A stretch of DNA of 64,000 nt from Terriglobia bacterium (GTDB lineage Bacteria > Acidobacteriota > Polarisedimenticolia > Polarisedimenticolales > JAIQFR01), in NCBI GenBank assembly GCA_963748015.1, contig CAVVHE010000009.1, positions 480,001-544,000 on the forward strand. The letters run 5' to 3'. Numbering within the stretch: the first letter of the stretch is position 1; every line of letters begins with the position of its first letter. Position numbers and translations under genes: made by a program. Positions 38,901-47,395 of this stretch are shown one piece after another. The notes below the pieces were generated by a model that worked only from the letters and a program-made list of their open reading frames with translations, had not been told where the DNA came from and searched no databases.

Positions 38901-40456
38901 AACGTGTTCGCCACGAGGCCGCGAACCTCCATGCTCTCGGGCGATCCCGAAGCCTGGGGCGTGGGCTCGTTGCCCGCGCGGGTCGCGGAGGCCCAGTTCG
39001 CGTCGGTGATCGGGTCGGCGGCGTAGCGAACCTCGTAGTAGTTCGCCGTTCCGACCGCGCCATCGTCACCTGTGGCGGTCCAGGTCAGGGCCATCGTGTT
39101 GGAGCCGGGGTCCACCGTCGCCAGGTCGGCTATCGCGCCGGGCGGGACGACGTCGGGCTCGGCAACCGTGAAGAACGCGTTGAGCCGTCCACCGGTGACG
39201 CACTTGCCGGTCAGCGACGGGATGTGGTCCACGGAGGACATCAGCCTGGACTTCATCTGGGCGACCGGCACGGCCGGGCTCAGCGAGCGCATCAGGCCGA
39301 GAACGCCTGCAACGTGCGGGCAGGCCATCGACGTTCCGGAGTTCGTCCCGTAGGACGAGCCAGGCAGCGAGCTCAGGACGTCCACCCCGGGCGCGCCGAG
39401 GTCCACCGAGACCAGGCCGTAGTTCGAGAACGATGCCAGGCCGTCGTTGTGATCCGTGGCGGCCACGGACACGATGTTGGCGAGATCGTACGCGGCGGGA
39501 TACGACGGGCTCGTGTCCGAGTTCGAGCCGTTGTTGCCGGCCGCGGCGACGAACGCCATCTCGTTGGCACCCGCTGCCGCGATCGAGTCGTACAACGCCT
39601 GCGAGAAGCTGCCGCCTCCCCAGGAGTTGCTCGTCAGATCCACGCCCATCTGGACCGAGTAGTCCACGGCGGCGATGGCGCCGGTCGTCGAGCCGGACCC
39701 GCCCGAGCTGAGGAACTTGAGGCACATGATCTTGACGTTCCAGTTGACGCCGACCACCCCGATTCCGTTGTCGCCGATGGCGCCAATCGTGCCGGAGGTG
39801 TGCGTGCCGTGGCCGTGGTCGTCAAAAGGATCCGCGTCGTTGTTGTAGAAGTCGTAGCCGTGGATGTCGTCGACGAAGCCGTTGCCGTCGTCGTCGATGC
39901 CGTTTCCGGGGATCTCGCCGGGGTTCGTCCAGACGTTGGCCGCGAGATCCGGGTGGTTGTAGTCGCACCCGGTGTCGATCACGCCAATGATGACGTTCGG
40001 GCTGCCTACGGAGACGCCCCAGGCCAGTGTGGCGTCGATGTCAGCGCCCGCGGTGCCTCCGGTTTGCCCGGTGTTCCGAAGTCCCCACATCTCGTTGAAG
40101 CGGGGATCGTTCGGGACGATGCTTGCGGTGAGGATGTAGTTCGGTTCGGCGTACTCGACTTGGGGGTTCGCCTTCAGGCGCGCGACGGCCTGTTCGACGG
40201 ACGCGCCCTGGCCGAGGCTCCAGTGCTCGGCCTTGGATCTGAACGACTTGCGAAGCTGACCCGCCACGTCCGCCCGGGCCGAGGCCTTGTGGCGCGCCTC
40301 TGCCTGGGGCTTGAACTTGACGATCAACTCGCCCGGAACGTAGGCGGGCTTTTGCCCGCCGGGCTTCGGTGCGCTCATCAGCGTTCCGACGTCGCTGACG
40401 AGGAATACGAGAAGGACCAACGCGAGCAGAGCCAAGAGGAGTCTTGAACGCGGCAT
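32933..40456 (-). CDS. Giant secreted S8 (subtilisin-like) peptidase, ~2507 aa, with FN3, four repeated beta-sandwich/Ig modules, PKD-like domain and conserved C-terminal domain
   Basis: Signal peptide; triad VIDTG, HGHGTHTSG, GTSMACPHVAG; four GGPDxFGYRWxDSD modules; WPPNHKM domain. Confidence 0.93.
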   Translation of the reverse strand: MPRSRLLLALLALVLLVFLVSDVGTLMSAPKPGGQKPAYVPGELIVKFKPQAEARHKASARADVAGQLRKSFRSKAEHWSLGQGASVEQAVARLKANPQVEYAEPNYILTASIVPNDPRFNEMWGLRNTGQTGGTAGADIDATLAWGVSVGSPNVIIGVIDTGCDYNHPDLAANVWTNPGEIPGNGIDDDGNGFVDDIHGYDFYNNDADPFDDHGHGTHTSGTIGAIGDNGIGVVGVNWNVKIMCLKFLSSGGSGSTTGAIAAVDYSVQMGVDLTSNSWGGGSFSQALYDSIAAAGANEMAFVAAAGNNGSNSDTSPSYPAAYDLANIVSVAATDHNDGLASFSNYGLVSVDLGAPGVDVLSSLPGSSYGTNSGTSMACPHVAGVLGLMRSLSPAVPVAQMKSRLMSSVDHIPSLTGKCVTGGRLNAFFTVAEPDVVPPGAIADLATVDPGSNTMALTWTATGDDGAVGTANYYEVRYAADPITDANWASATRAGNEPTPQASGSPESMEVRGLVANTFYYFAIKAFDEWGNPGPLSNLASGNTLPPPTGNVDPTSVSADLYTGGTADRTVTLSNLGVGTLDFTIPTPMVGEPMSAVPQEPLLLGKDELDPRHGDPVVLGAGGPDSFGYRWVDSDEPGGPAFNWVDISTTGTPLALTGDDSTTGPIALGFNMPFYGTFFDSIRVCTNGWLSFTSAATSYSNQPLPNSGAPENFVAPFWDDLNAGTTNKAFFQSFGTSAIVQWEAIPPYSGTGAYTFQAILDASGAVTFQYLTMSGAVNSASVGIQNATKTVGLQVAFNQAYIHDGLAVRIASIPQWLTAFPTSGRLRTGESKIINLHMDASGLEGGTYPGTVNIVSNDPVHPTMTVNASLHVIGAPQVSVQPTSLAYGDVFVGVATAQSLIVANPGTDTLHVTDIVASDPTLTVSAATFDLAPKSSRTVQAIWTPAVPGAYSGSLTVMSNDANRPIVSVPVTGNGLVAPQMVTSPTTLAQTLYTGQQATQPLTIYNTGGSNLVVNAAADQGNGQLVVADEISALASGGPDGFGYRWKDSDASGGPTFDWVDISTTGTLLSLTGDDAGVVISNIGMTFPFYGVNYTSMRVNTNGFITFDSTTSNPYSNVALPTTALPKNTLAPFWDDLYFRTNYGTPARTSRAYWKNDGSRVIVQYKNVFQRGSTEDLNFEVLLYPNGKIVYQYLTMTGSLNIATVGMQNLATTTPANFLQMAYNGTYIKNNLAVQISRTPDWLKVTPSSATIPPGGSTVFNVQFDSTDRVGGTLNGAVVLTNNLPETRPIPTALTVIGVPIASIVPTSFAYGTKFVGYPYLTTVQVVNTGTDTLNVTDVTTNHGSLTVSEPANGELSVNAAFPLPPGGSRIFNLRWLPTLPGALPSNAAVQVISNDPVNPVKTMPISGTAIMPPIAVWSPSSFSDSVFEGDVVNHLLHLENQGGSDLNYTAEVRLLNAAAVPVFPPVEDKKDAVDSNPGVLGSGGPDTFGYRWRDSDSLAGPVFNWVDISTIGTPITAVTNGTLDDGNAQGIPIGFNFPFYGGSFGTVNVCTNGWLSFTSTLTSLGNTGLPSTGAPPNLLAAFWDDLDLRTAGQAYYYNDGSRFILSYVGVQRYGTTTPYTFQAILYPNGRIVFQYLDMQGTRLNEATIGIQDSTMADGLTVVYNAAYMHNGLAVEFNPPAGWLTVTPRTGAIPAGGFSDLDVTINSAGLVGGDYLAYIEITTNDPARGVFQVPVNLHVTGIPHIGAAPASLTFPMTYVGYSRTLPLAIKNTGTDVLHINSVSVSGDFSVTGITTPAAIPVYGQIPVTVHFSPTMAGPLTGSITVTSDDPAMPSLEIPLDGTALDPPVINVAPASITEILPPGSMSTRNLSVCNTGGSDLTWNGAANIFSAAANVAQYAPLELGKDEIDPRPGILGSGGPDVFGYRWKDSDEAGGPMYDWVDISGIGTQIPIGTTGYCDDCNLGPFAIGFPFKFYGNTFTDFRVTTNGWISFTSALTSYTNQPLPNSGAPENLLAPFWDDLVSRDGSGSEPLPSAIYYYYDGARLIIQYQHMYRIAGYTDDLNFEVIIYPSGKVVYQYETMLSATLNSATIGIQNDTKADGLQAAYNVDYVHDNMAIEFKALPEWVTFTPTSGTIPAGECTAIVASFDATDPDLLHGVHDATFHFTSNDPATPTVDVPVQLIVDVKPVAVPGTPQTLECTGNLSATAMFNGTGSSDADGDPLTYFWSAPGITFDDPTSPTPSASFPLGTTLVTLVVNDGYQNSDPATVAVTIVDTIAPTITSSVHPSVLWPPNHKMSNVTATVTASDICYPSVSVVLVSATSNEPDDAQGGGDGNTTDDIQGAATGTPDFQVMLRAERMGGGSGRLYTLTYMVSDGSGNSATTASEVSVPHDRAEMAAEPLNVTMENGRNSRVVWSAVDVALHYDVIRGDLANLRVEGSNLNLGQVVCILSNTPSTTTAGYEDTAIPAPGHVFFYAVQFNNGQEDSSYGTVSASKARVVLPGNGECQ

Positions 40457-40718
40457 GTTACCCCCCCTGAAAAAAGAGTGAACCGCCCGGACCCGGTTAG
40501 GTCCAAGGACCGGCACACCACATACAACCGGACTCGACCTGCCACCTCGGCCCGGCCGAGCCAGGAATCACCGACGCAGCGCCACACACGCCGGCTTCTG
40601 GGGGGGATCCGAAGACCGGCCCGCGGAATGCCCGATCCTCGTTCGACATGAATCACCCGCGGTGTGCCCAGCACCGCAGGCCACGAACTCGAAACGGAAC
40701 CCGCGCCTCCGAACGACT

Positions 40719-40748
40719 CTTATACGTCGAACGGTCCGGAAGTGTCAA
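40719..40748 (-). promoter_or_regulatory. sigma70-type promoter for the S8 gene (implies ~255-nt 5' leader)
   Basis: TTGACA (40748-43), 18 nt, TATAAG (40724-19). Confidence 0.55.
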
Positions 40749-40857
40749 AGAAAATCTCCGGAGGGTCGGCGCGAAGCCGCCGGTCGGCTGCAAGTTATTG
40801 TGCGACAAAGAGTACGGGAAATTGGATGGCGGCCGACGCCCGCGCCGCTCCGGGCCG

Positions 40858-41354
40858 CTATTTCGGAGGGGGGGAGGCTCGGCGTGGTCGAGCATGTGCA
40901 TCCCGACGATGACCGCCATCGCATCGGGGGGGAGGACGGAAAGCGTGGGCGTGAGCGGGATTTCCTTGCCTCCGCGGCTGACGACGAACCGAACCTTCCT
41001 GCCGGGGGTCCAGTTCTGCTTCATGAAGTCACAGGGGGCGCACTTGTCCTCGGTGACATCCGCGTACCTTGCCCCCTCGAGGGAGAGCAGAACGTCGCCC
41101 ACCTTGAAGCCCGCGGTCTCGGCGGGGCTGCCGGCCACCACCTTGGTGACCCTGCCGGCGTCGGAACCCAACGGATCGCCGTACTCGATACCCAGCCAAC
41201 CGCGGGACTTGAGCTTGGCGGCCATCTTGTTGAGGCAGGTCTGGGCATCCAGGGGGCACTTGTAGGCCTTTTGTTCCGCCACGGGGCCGGCGGATGCCAC
41301 GCCGCCCGCCACGAGCAGCGCCGAGACCGCGATCAGACGTTGAAAGACGATCAT
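40858..41354 (-). CDS. Secreted standalone PDZ protein with four Cys, paralog 1 (true stop probably 40858; G7 run at 40868-74 likely one base short)
   Basis: Signal peptide; RGWLGIE, GSPAETAGFKVGDVL; aligns with paralog 2 up to HMLDHA; adding one base gives EPPPPPK*. Confidence 0.8.
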
Positions 41355-41441
41355 CAGAGTGTACCGAAAGAAACCCCGGTTCCCCTCGCGCCCTCGACCC
41401 TGGAACCGCGCCGCCTGACGCGTCCGTGACGGCACGGGGGA

Positions 41442-41515
41442 ATTCTACCGCCCAAGGGTGGGAAAGTCCGCCCAAACGTCGTAAATCCTCTCCACGATTG
41501 TCAAGAACTTGTAAA
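41442..41515 (-). promoter_or_regulatory. OmpR/CpxR-like direct-repeat boxes and -10 upstream of PDZ paralog 1
   Basis: Plus-strand GGAAA 41461, GTAAA 41481, GTCAA 41500, GTAAA 41511; -10 TAGAAT at 41442-47. Confidence 0.6.
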
Positions 41516-41636
41516 CCGCCGGCTCCGGGTAGCCCCGCGCGGGGCCGCCGCGAGAACCCGGACGGTCTCGATGGGGGCGGCGGGAGGCCCGGCGGGCTCG
41601 CCGCGACCTCCCGCGATTCCACGGCGGGACCCCGTC

Positions 41637-42131
41637 CTACTTCTGCGCGATCTCGTACTGCGCGTGCTCGAGCATGTGCTGCCCGATCCACATCGCCATC
41701 ACGTCGCTCGGGAGGTGCCCCAGGGTCGGATCGACCGCGACCTCGCGGCCGGCGCGGTTGACCACATAGTGCACCTTCCTGCCGGGGACCCAGTTCTCCT
41801 TCATCGCCTCGCAGGGGACGCACTTCTCGTCGGTGCTGTCCGCGTACCGGAGGCCGTCGAGCGACACGAGGACGTCACCCACTTCGAAGCCGGCCGCCTC
41901 CGCGGGGCTCCCCGGCACGACCTTCTTGATCACCGTGGCCTTCACCCCCTTGCTCTCGTCCATCTCGATCCCGACCCAGCCGCGGGTCTTCATCTTCTGG
42001 ACCATCTTGTTGAGGCAGTCCTGCGTGCTGGCGGAGCACTTCTTCTTCTCCTTCTCCACGTCGCCGGCGAACGCCGGGAGGGCCATCAGGGCGACCAGGA
42101 GAGCCAGGGTCAGCGACTTCGCGTGTCTCAT
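41637..42131 (-). CDS. Secreted standalone PDZ protein with four Cys, paralog 2
   Basis: Signal peptide (..PAFA); CSASTQDCLNKM, RGWVGIE, GSPAEAAGFEVGDVL, KCVPC, GQHMLEHA. Confidence 0.88.
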   Translation of the reverse strand: MRHAKSLTLALLVALMALPAFAGDVEKEKKKCSASTQDCLNKMVQKMKTRGWVGIEMDESKGVKATVIKKVVPGSPAEAAGFEVGDVLVSLDGLRYADSTDEKCVPCEAMKENWVPGRKVHYVVNRAGREVAVDPTLGHLPSDVMAMWIGQHMLEHAQYEIAQK

Positions 42132-42231
42132 GTTCCATTCTCCCTTGCGCCATCGCGTTGCCGCCGAGCCGGCGAGCCGCCGGGGATTCGACGCCGTACC
42201 GGCGCGGCGGGTCCGTTCTTCCTCGCAGGGG

Positions 42232-42304
42232 ACAATACGGAGCGCGCGCGTAAAGATCCCCAAGGGCAGGTAAAACGTTGTATCGCGTGTCAACGGCCTG
42301 TAAA
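42232..42304 (-). promoter_or_regulatory. OmpR/CpxR-like direct-repeat boxes and -10 upstream of PDZ paralog 2
   Basis: Plus-strand GTAAA 42250, GTAAA 42270, GTCAA 42289, GTAAA 42300; -10 TATTGT at 42232-37. Confidence 0.6.
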
Positions 42305-42414
42305 TGCGGGGACGAAGCATGAACCCGCCGGCGCCCGGCGGGGTATATTCGGACCCGGGCAGGGGGCCTCCCGGAGCCGGCCCTGTCGCTGCCCGTCACG
42401 CGTATACCCTGGGG

Positions 42415-44040
42415 GTGAACCCGGTGTCGAGGCTTGCCGCGCTGCTCGAGGGCCGGTCGTTGCGGCTCGGCTTCCTGGCCGCGTTCCTTCCCCTGCTCCT
42501 CGTGCTCGGGCTTCAGGTCTGGTGGCTGATCAAGCTCGAGCGGACATCCGTTCTCGCCGGCCGGGCCGTTTTCGCCGGCTTTCTCGACGCCGTCACGACG
42601 GAGGTCCTCTACTCGTACGGGCCGGGGGCCGAGCGGGCCCTGGACGTGCCCGCCTCGTTCCTCGCGCCGGACCGGCTCGAACGCCTCGCCGCGCACTTCC
42701 GCCGGTGGGACGTCGAGGGGGCGAAGAAGCTGTTCGCCGTCAGGTTCTCCGATGACGACTGGGGGACGCTGCTGTTCTACGATCCCGCCAGCGAATCGAT
42801 GGTTTCGCCGGCTGCTTCGGACGAGGCGCGCGCGGTCACCCTCGCCTGCGCCTCCTTCAAGCTCCTCCACTCGAAGGCGATCGCGGTCGAGTCCACGCGC
42901 CTCTCCGTCGAGGAGCGCGACCCCCGGAACCGCACGGTGCTCGCTCCGATCGTGGACCGCGAGTCCCGCGTGGTCGGCGTCGCCGGCCTCATCCTCGACT
43001 CGGACCACTTCACCCGGCGGGTGCTCCCGATGGCGGTGAAATCGTCGATCGAGAAGCTGTTCCCGCGCGGCGGGGCCGAAGTGGTCGTGTCGGTCCGCGA
43101 CGGGAACGGCACTCTCTGCTTCTCGACCGACCCGTCGGATGTCCGCCCCGCCGACGCCGAGCGCTCGTTCTCCTTCGTGTTCACGGACCACAGGATCGGG
43201 ATCCGAAGTCGCAGCATGACGCCGGAACGGCTCGCGCGGGTGAGCTTCGCGTTCAACCTCGGGCTCTCGCTCGTGGCCGCGGCGCTGCTGATCGGCGGGC
43301 TCGCCCTGGTCCTGGGCAACACGGCCCGCGAGATGAAGCTCTCGCGCATGAAGTCCGACTTCGTCTCGAACGTGTCGCACGAGCTCAGGACGCCGCTGGC
43401 CTCGATCCGCGTCTTCGGAGAGTTCCTGCGTCTCGGTCGGGCGGCGACGCCCGAGAAGGTGCGGGAGTACGGCGAGTACATCGAAGGGGAAAGCCGCAGG
43501 CTGACGCAGCTCGTGAACAACATCCTCGACTTCGCGAAGATCGAGTCCGGTGCCAAGACCTACCGCCTCGAGACCGGCGACGTGGCCGAGGTACTCTCCG
43601 CGGCGCTCAGGACGTTCGAGGTGCGATCGAAGCACGAGGGGTTCGAGGTCGAGACGCACTGGCCGGAGGAGCCGGTGCCGCCGGCGCGGATCGACGCCGA
43701 TGCGCTCGGCCAGGCGTTCCACAATCTCCTGGACAACGCGGTCAAGTACTCGGGGGATTCCCGCTGGATCTGCGTCGGCCTCGAGCGCCGCGCCGCCGAG
43801 ATCGTCGTCTCGGTGGAGGACGCCGGCGTCGGCATCTCCGCGGAGGAGCAGAGGAAGATCTTCGACCGGTTCCACCGGGTGGGAACCGGCCTGGTCCACG
43901 ACGTGCGCGGGAGCGGGCTCGGTCTCGCGATCGTCCGGCACGTCGTCGAGGCCCACGGAGGCCGCGTGACGGTCGAGAGCGAGCCCGGACGGGGAAGCCG
44001 GTTCTCGGTACACCTGCCTGTCAAGGGCGGAGAGGGGTAG
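42415..44040 (+). CDS. Membrane sensor histidine kinase (HisKA + HATPase_c); start uncertain
   Basis: Two TMs; [28 protein letters not shown] and GSGLGL motifs. Confidence 0.93.
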   Translation: MNPVSRLAALLEGRSLRLGFLAAFLPLLLVLGLQVWWLIKLERTSVLAGRAVFAGFLDAVTTEVLYSYGPGAERALDVPASFLAPDRLERLAAHFRRWDVEGAKKLFAVRFSDDDWGTLLFYDPASESMVSPAASDEARAVTLACASFKLLHSKAIAVESTRLSVEERDPRNRTVLAPIVDRESRVVGVAGLILDSDHFTRRVLPMAVKSSIEKLFPRGGAEVVVSVRDGNGTLCFSTDPSDVRPADAERSFSFVFTDHRIGIRSRSMTPERLARVSFAFNLGLSLVAAALLIGGLALVLGNTAREMKLSRMKSDFVSNVSHELRTPLASIRVFGEFLRLGRAATPEKVREYGEYIEGESRRLTQLVNNILDFAKIESGAKTYRLETGDVAEVLSAALRTFEVRSKHEGFEVETHWPEEPVPPARIDADALGQAFHNLLDNAVKYSGDSRWICVGLERRAAEIVVSVEDAGVGISAEEQRKIFDRFHRVGTGLVHDVRGSGLGLAIVRHVVEAHGGRVTVESEPGRGSRFSVHLPVKGGEG

Positions 44041-44047
44041 GCGACTC

Positions 44048-44728
44048 ATGCCGAAGGTCCTGATCGTCGAGGACGACGAGGCGATGGCGGCCGCGCTCAA
44101 GGACGGCTTCGAATACGAGGGCTACGCGGCCACGGTTGCGAGGGACGGCGTTCAAGGGCTCAAGCTCGCCTCCGAGGGCTGCCCCGACCTGATCGTCCTG
44201 GACCTGATGCTTCCGAGGCTGAGCGGTCTCGACGTCTGCAAGCGACTGCGAGAGGGGGGAAGCGACGTCCCGATCATCATGCTGACCGCGCGAGGCCAGG
44301 AGATCGACAAGGTCGTGGGGCTCAGGACCGGCGCGGACGACTACGTGACGAAGCCGTTCGGCTTCATGGAGCTGATGGCCCGCGTCGAGGCCGTCCTCCG
44401 CCGCGCCCGCGCCCCGTCGAAGCACGGCCAGGTCTGCCGCTTCGGTGACGTGGAGGTGGACTTCGCGAAGTGCGAAGCGCGAAAGGGGAAGGCGCCCGTC
44501 GAGCTCTCCGCGCTCGAGCTGCGGCTGCTCGAATTCTTCGTGGAGCACCGGGGAGAGGTCCTGAGCCGGGATCGCCTCCTGACCTCGGTGTGGAGATACG
44601 AGGGGAGCGCGTTCAGCCGGACCGTGGACGTGCACGTCGCGAAGCTCAGGCGCAAGATCGAGGACAAGCCGGACGACCCCCGCCACATCGTTACAGTCCA
44701 CGGCCTCGGCTACAAGTTCACGGGCTGA
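44048..44728 (+). CDS. OmpR/PhoB-family response regulator
   Basis: [35 protein letters not shown] and GLGYKF motifs. Confidence 0.96.
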   Translation: MPKVLIVEDDEAMAAALKDGFEYEGYAATVARDGVQGLKLASEGCPDLIVLDLMLPRLSGLDVCKRLREGGSDVPIIMLTARGQEIDKVVGLRTGADDYVTKPFGFMELMARVEAVLRRARAPSKHGQVCRFGDVEVDFAKCEARKGKAPVELSALELRLLEFFVEHRGEVLSRDRLLTSVWRYEGSAFSRTVDVHVAKLRRKIEDKPDDPRHIVTVHGLGYKFTG

Positions 44729-44816
44729 GCGACGGGCCCGTCGCGAGCGCCTCTCCCCGGGGGCCGGAAGCGACGCCGCGCCGCGACACCCCGCCGCCGG
44801 CGGCAGCCTCCCACCG

Positions 44817-45839
44817 CTATCTCACCGGCACGTACACCCGCGTGATCAGCCGGTCCTCGGCCGTGTTGCCGGGATCGCTCACGTACTCGTCCCACGGCGG
44901 GCCTGCCATCTCGTACCCGTGAGCCGCCACGAAGGCGAAAAGCTTCTCGTACACCTTCGGGAGTCCCTGGTAGGAGCCGACGTGTGTCGCGCGGACCGCC
45001 TTGCCGGCGTACATGCGCTTGATCTTCACGGACGAGCCGGCCGAAGCCTCCTTCGCGGGTTCCCTGTCCAACGGGACGGCGGCGTCGAATTCGTAGACGT
45101 CCCCCTCCCACTTGGTGTTGACCGTGATGGGAGGGCCCGCCTGCTTGAGGCCCGAGGACCCGAGGAAGCGCCCGATCTCGCCGTAGGCCGCCCCGATGGC
45201 CGAGCCCATGGCCTTCTCGTCCTTGGGGCTCTTGCCCGAGACGTACGCGACGGTGACCGGTTGGATCTCGAGCACCTCGGCCTCCAGGGCGGAGAAGTCC
45301 GCCTGCGGGAGGGCCTCGGCGAACTTCTTGAGCCCGGCGAGCCCGGCCTCGAAGTCCTTGCCGATGATCCGGTCGAGCATGAGGCCGAGGTAGCGCGTGA
45401 ACGGATTGCGGCCGAGATCGGTGTCGAACCCCCAGGACACCTTCGTCTTGCTCCCCTCGGGGGCCAGGGTGAAAAGGGTGACCGCGATCCCCTCCGGCCC
45501 GAAGTCGAGCCGGGTCTTGACGCGCGACGGGGGCACGCTTTCCAGGATCTCCTGGCTGCCGGAGCCGACCGTCTTGGGGTTTCCGACCCAGCTCATCTTC
45601 GCGCCCACGCCCGTTTCGGGGCCGGAGTACGCGTACTTCGCCGCGGGATCCATCGCGTACCACGGCGACCACCTGTTGAACGTCCGGAAGCCGTTGACCA
45701 GCACGAACAGGGTCGTCGTGGGCGCGGCGATGACCGTGGAGCGCTCGACGTGGACGGAACCCGGGAGGAGCAGCCCGGCGCCAGCAATCGCGGCGACGAG
45801 GACGACGAGGATCAGCAGAAAGGCCTTGAGAATCTTCAT
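44817..45839 (-). CDS. SRPBCC + GyrI-like small-molecule-binding protein
   Basis: VERSTVIAAP, WSPW, GVGAKMSW, IGKDFEAGL; C-terminal HVGSYQGL...WDEYVSDP. Confidence 0.9.
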   Translation of the reverse strand: MKILKAFLLILVVLVAAIAGAGLLLPGSVHVERSTVIAAPTTTLFVLVNGFRTFNRWSPWYAMDPAAKYAYSGPETGVGAKMSWVGNPKTVGSGSQEILESVPPSRVKTRLDFGPEGIAVTLFTLAPEGSKTKVSWGFDTDLGRNPFTRYLGLMLDRIIGKDFEAGLAGLKKFAEALPQADFSALEAEVLEIQPVTVAYVSGKSPKDEKAMGSAIGAAYGEIGRFLGSSGLKQAGPPITVNTKWEGDVYEFDAAVPLDREPAKEASAGSSVKIKRMYAGKAVRATHVGSYQGLPKVYEKLFAFVAAHGYEMAGPPWDEYVSDPGNTAEDRLITRVYVPVR

Positions 45840-45863
45840 GGCGGCGGCCGCCTTCCCCGCGCG

Positions 45864-47312
45864 CTACCGTGAATACAGATCGATCATCCGCTCGATCGCC
45901 CGGCGGCAGACCTTGCAGAAGCCGACCTCGTCGCGGGTGAACATGATGCAGTCCGTCTGTCCCCGGTAGAGCCCTTTCGCCTGGTAGGAGGCTCCCTCGA
46001 ACGCCCCCACCTTGCCGGAGTTCGCCATTCCCGCGAGCATCGGCGTGTCGGTCTTCTGCTGCTCGCGGAACAGCGCGTCGAACTCGGACTCGGGGGCCTT
46101 GCGCGCGATCAGCTCGCGGCGCTTCACGAGGTACTCGCGGGCCTTCTTCTCCCAGGCTTCCTTGTCCCAGGTCGTGGGAAGCGGCGTGCCGGCGTCCACG
46201 AGGTCGCGCCACTTGAGCCGCGCCGGGTCGCGCAGGGCGGTGACGTTGGGCTCCCACGGCTCCGGGCGGTCCGGCGGGGCCTCGGTGTAGGCGACGGGGG
46301 ACATGTAGTACTCGTCGCCGAGGCCCGCGAAGTGGTGTCCGAACTCGTGGACGAAGACGTAGTCGGCGAACGCGGTGTCCACGGACGCCGTGGCCTGGAA
46401 GTTGAAGATGCCGCCGCCGCCGTACTGCTTCTCGTTGACGAGGATCTCGACGAACTCGTACGGCGCCGCCCCCAGCACGTCGCGGAGGGAGCGGTTGTCG
46501 TAGGTCAGCAGGTACCGCTCGCTGTCGAAGATGTTGTACTCGGCGGACACCGGCGTGCGGCGGAACTTCGCGACGTGCGGCCGGTTCACGCCGGACTCGG
46601 CCGACGGCAGGTCGATCGCGCGGACGTTGAAATCGCCCTTGCGGCTCTTGAACGGCTCGGTCGCGAAGAGCTTGTCCACGAGACGCCGCGCGTCGGCGTG
46701 GAACTTCGGCATCTCCGCCGCCGCGTACCCCTCGCCAAGGATCAAGAGATCCACCTTCTCCGTGGGCGGTCCGCTCTCGAGGATCGTCCAGACGTTGCCC
46801 GACGGCGCGGCGTCGGCGGCGTTCACGAACCGCGAGCCCGGGTCCACGCGCGTCGCCCAGAGCTCGTGGAACAGGCCGTCGGGCCCCCGCTTCTTCAGGA
46901 CGAGCTGGACCGGGCGCTTCGGCCACGGGAAGCGCAGCGACTCGTGAAAGGTCCTCGCCACGGTCTTCGATTCGTCGGTCGTCTCCCACTCGCCGTAAAG
47001 CGAGGCGAACCCGCGCGAGTAGAGGACGCGGTTCGTCTCCGGATCGGCGACCTCGAAGAGGTAGGAGCCGAGGTTCAGGTCGTCGAGCAGCCGCGAGAGG
47101 CTTCCGGCCCACGGTCCGTCGGAGACGACGCGGTCGAGCGCGACGATCTCGCGCCCGAGACCCCCCGTGTGGAAGTAGTCGAGGCGCATCGTCTTGGGGA
47201 GGAACTGGGCGTCGAAGCCGGCGCCCGCCGACGCCCCCGCGGGCGGGTGCTCCATCGCGACGACGGCGAGAGCGGCGACGAGGAGGACGAACGGGACGAG
47301 ACGGCGCGGCAT
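45864..47312 (-). CDS. Secreted M64-family (IgA peptidase-like) metallopeptidase
   Basis: Signal peptide; MRLDYFHTG, YGGGGIFN, HEFGHHFAGLGDEY, CIM...FCKVC. Confidence 0.9.
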   Translation of the reverse strand: MPRRLVPFVLLVAALAVVAMEHPPAGASAGAGFDAQFLPKTMRLDYFHTGGLGREIVALDRVVSDGPWAGSLSRLLDDLNLGSYLFEVADPETNRVLYSRGFASLYGEWETTDESKTVARTFHESLRFPWPKRPVQLVLKKRGPDGLFHELWATRVDPGSRFVNAADAAPSGNVWTILESGPPTEKVDLLILGEGYAAAEMPKFHADARRLVDKLFATEPFKSRKGDFNVRAIDLPSAESGVNRPHVAKFRRTPVSAEYNIFDSERYLLTYDNRSLRDVLGAAPYEFVEILVNEKQYGGGGIFNFQATASVDTAFADYVFVHEFGHHFAGLGDEYYMSPVAYTEAPPDRPEPWEPNVTALRDPARLKWRDLVDAGTPLPTTWDKEAWEKKAREYLVKRRELIARKAPESEFDALFREQQKTDTPMLAGMANSGKVGAFEGASYQAKGLYRGQTDCIMFTRDEVGFCKVCRRAIERMIDLYSR

Positions 47313-47395
47313 GGGAGGATCCTCCATGGAGACGATCAGGATAGCCGATCGCATGGAGGGGCGTTCTCCGCGCCACCCGCGCGAACGGAGCAGGC

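Noticed and set aside
33044..40447. 2467-aa ORF on the plus strand, and other long antisense ORFs (21787..25200, 28693..31341, 47411..49723)
   Set aside because: Shadow frames opposite clear genes, caused by high GC3 codon bias; no motifs and Arg/Ala/Gly-rich composition
40653..40857. C-terminal extension of PDZ paralog 1 in the ORF track
   Set aside because: Absent from paralog 2, begins at a G7 tract, and runs over the predicted S8 promoter; likely a frameshift read-through
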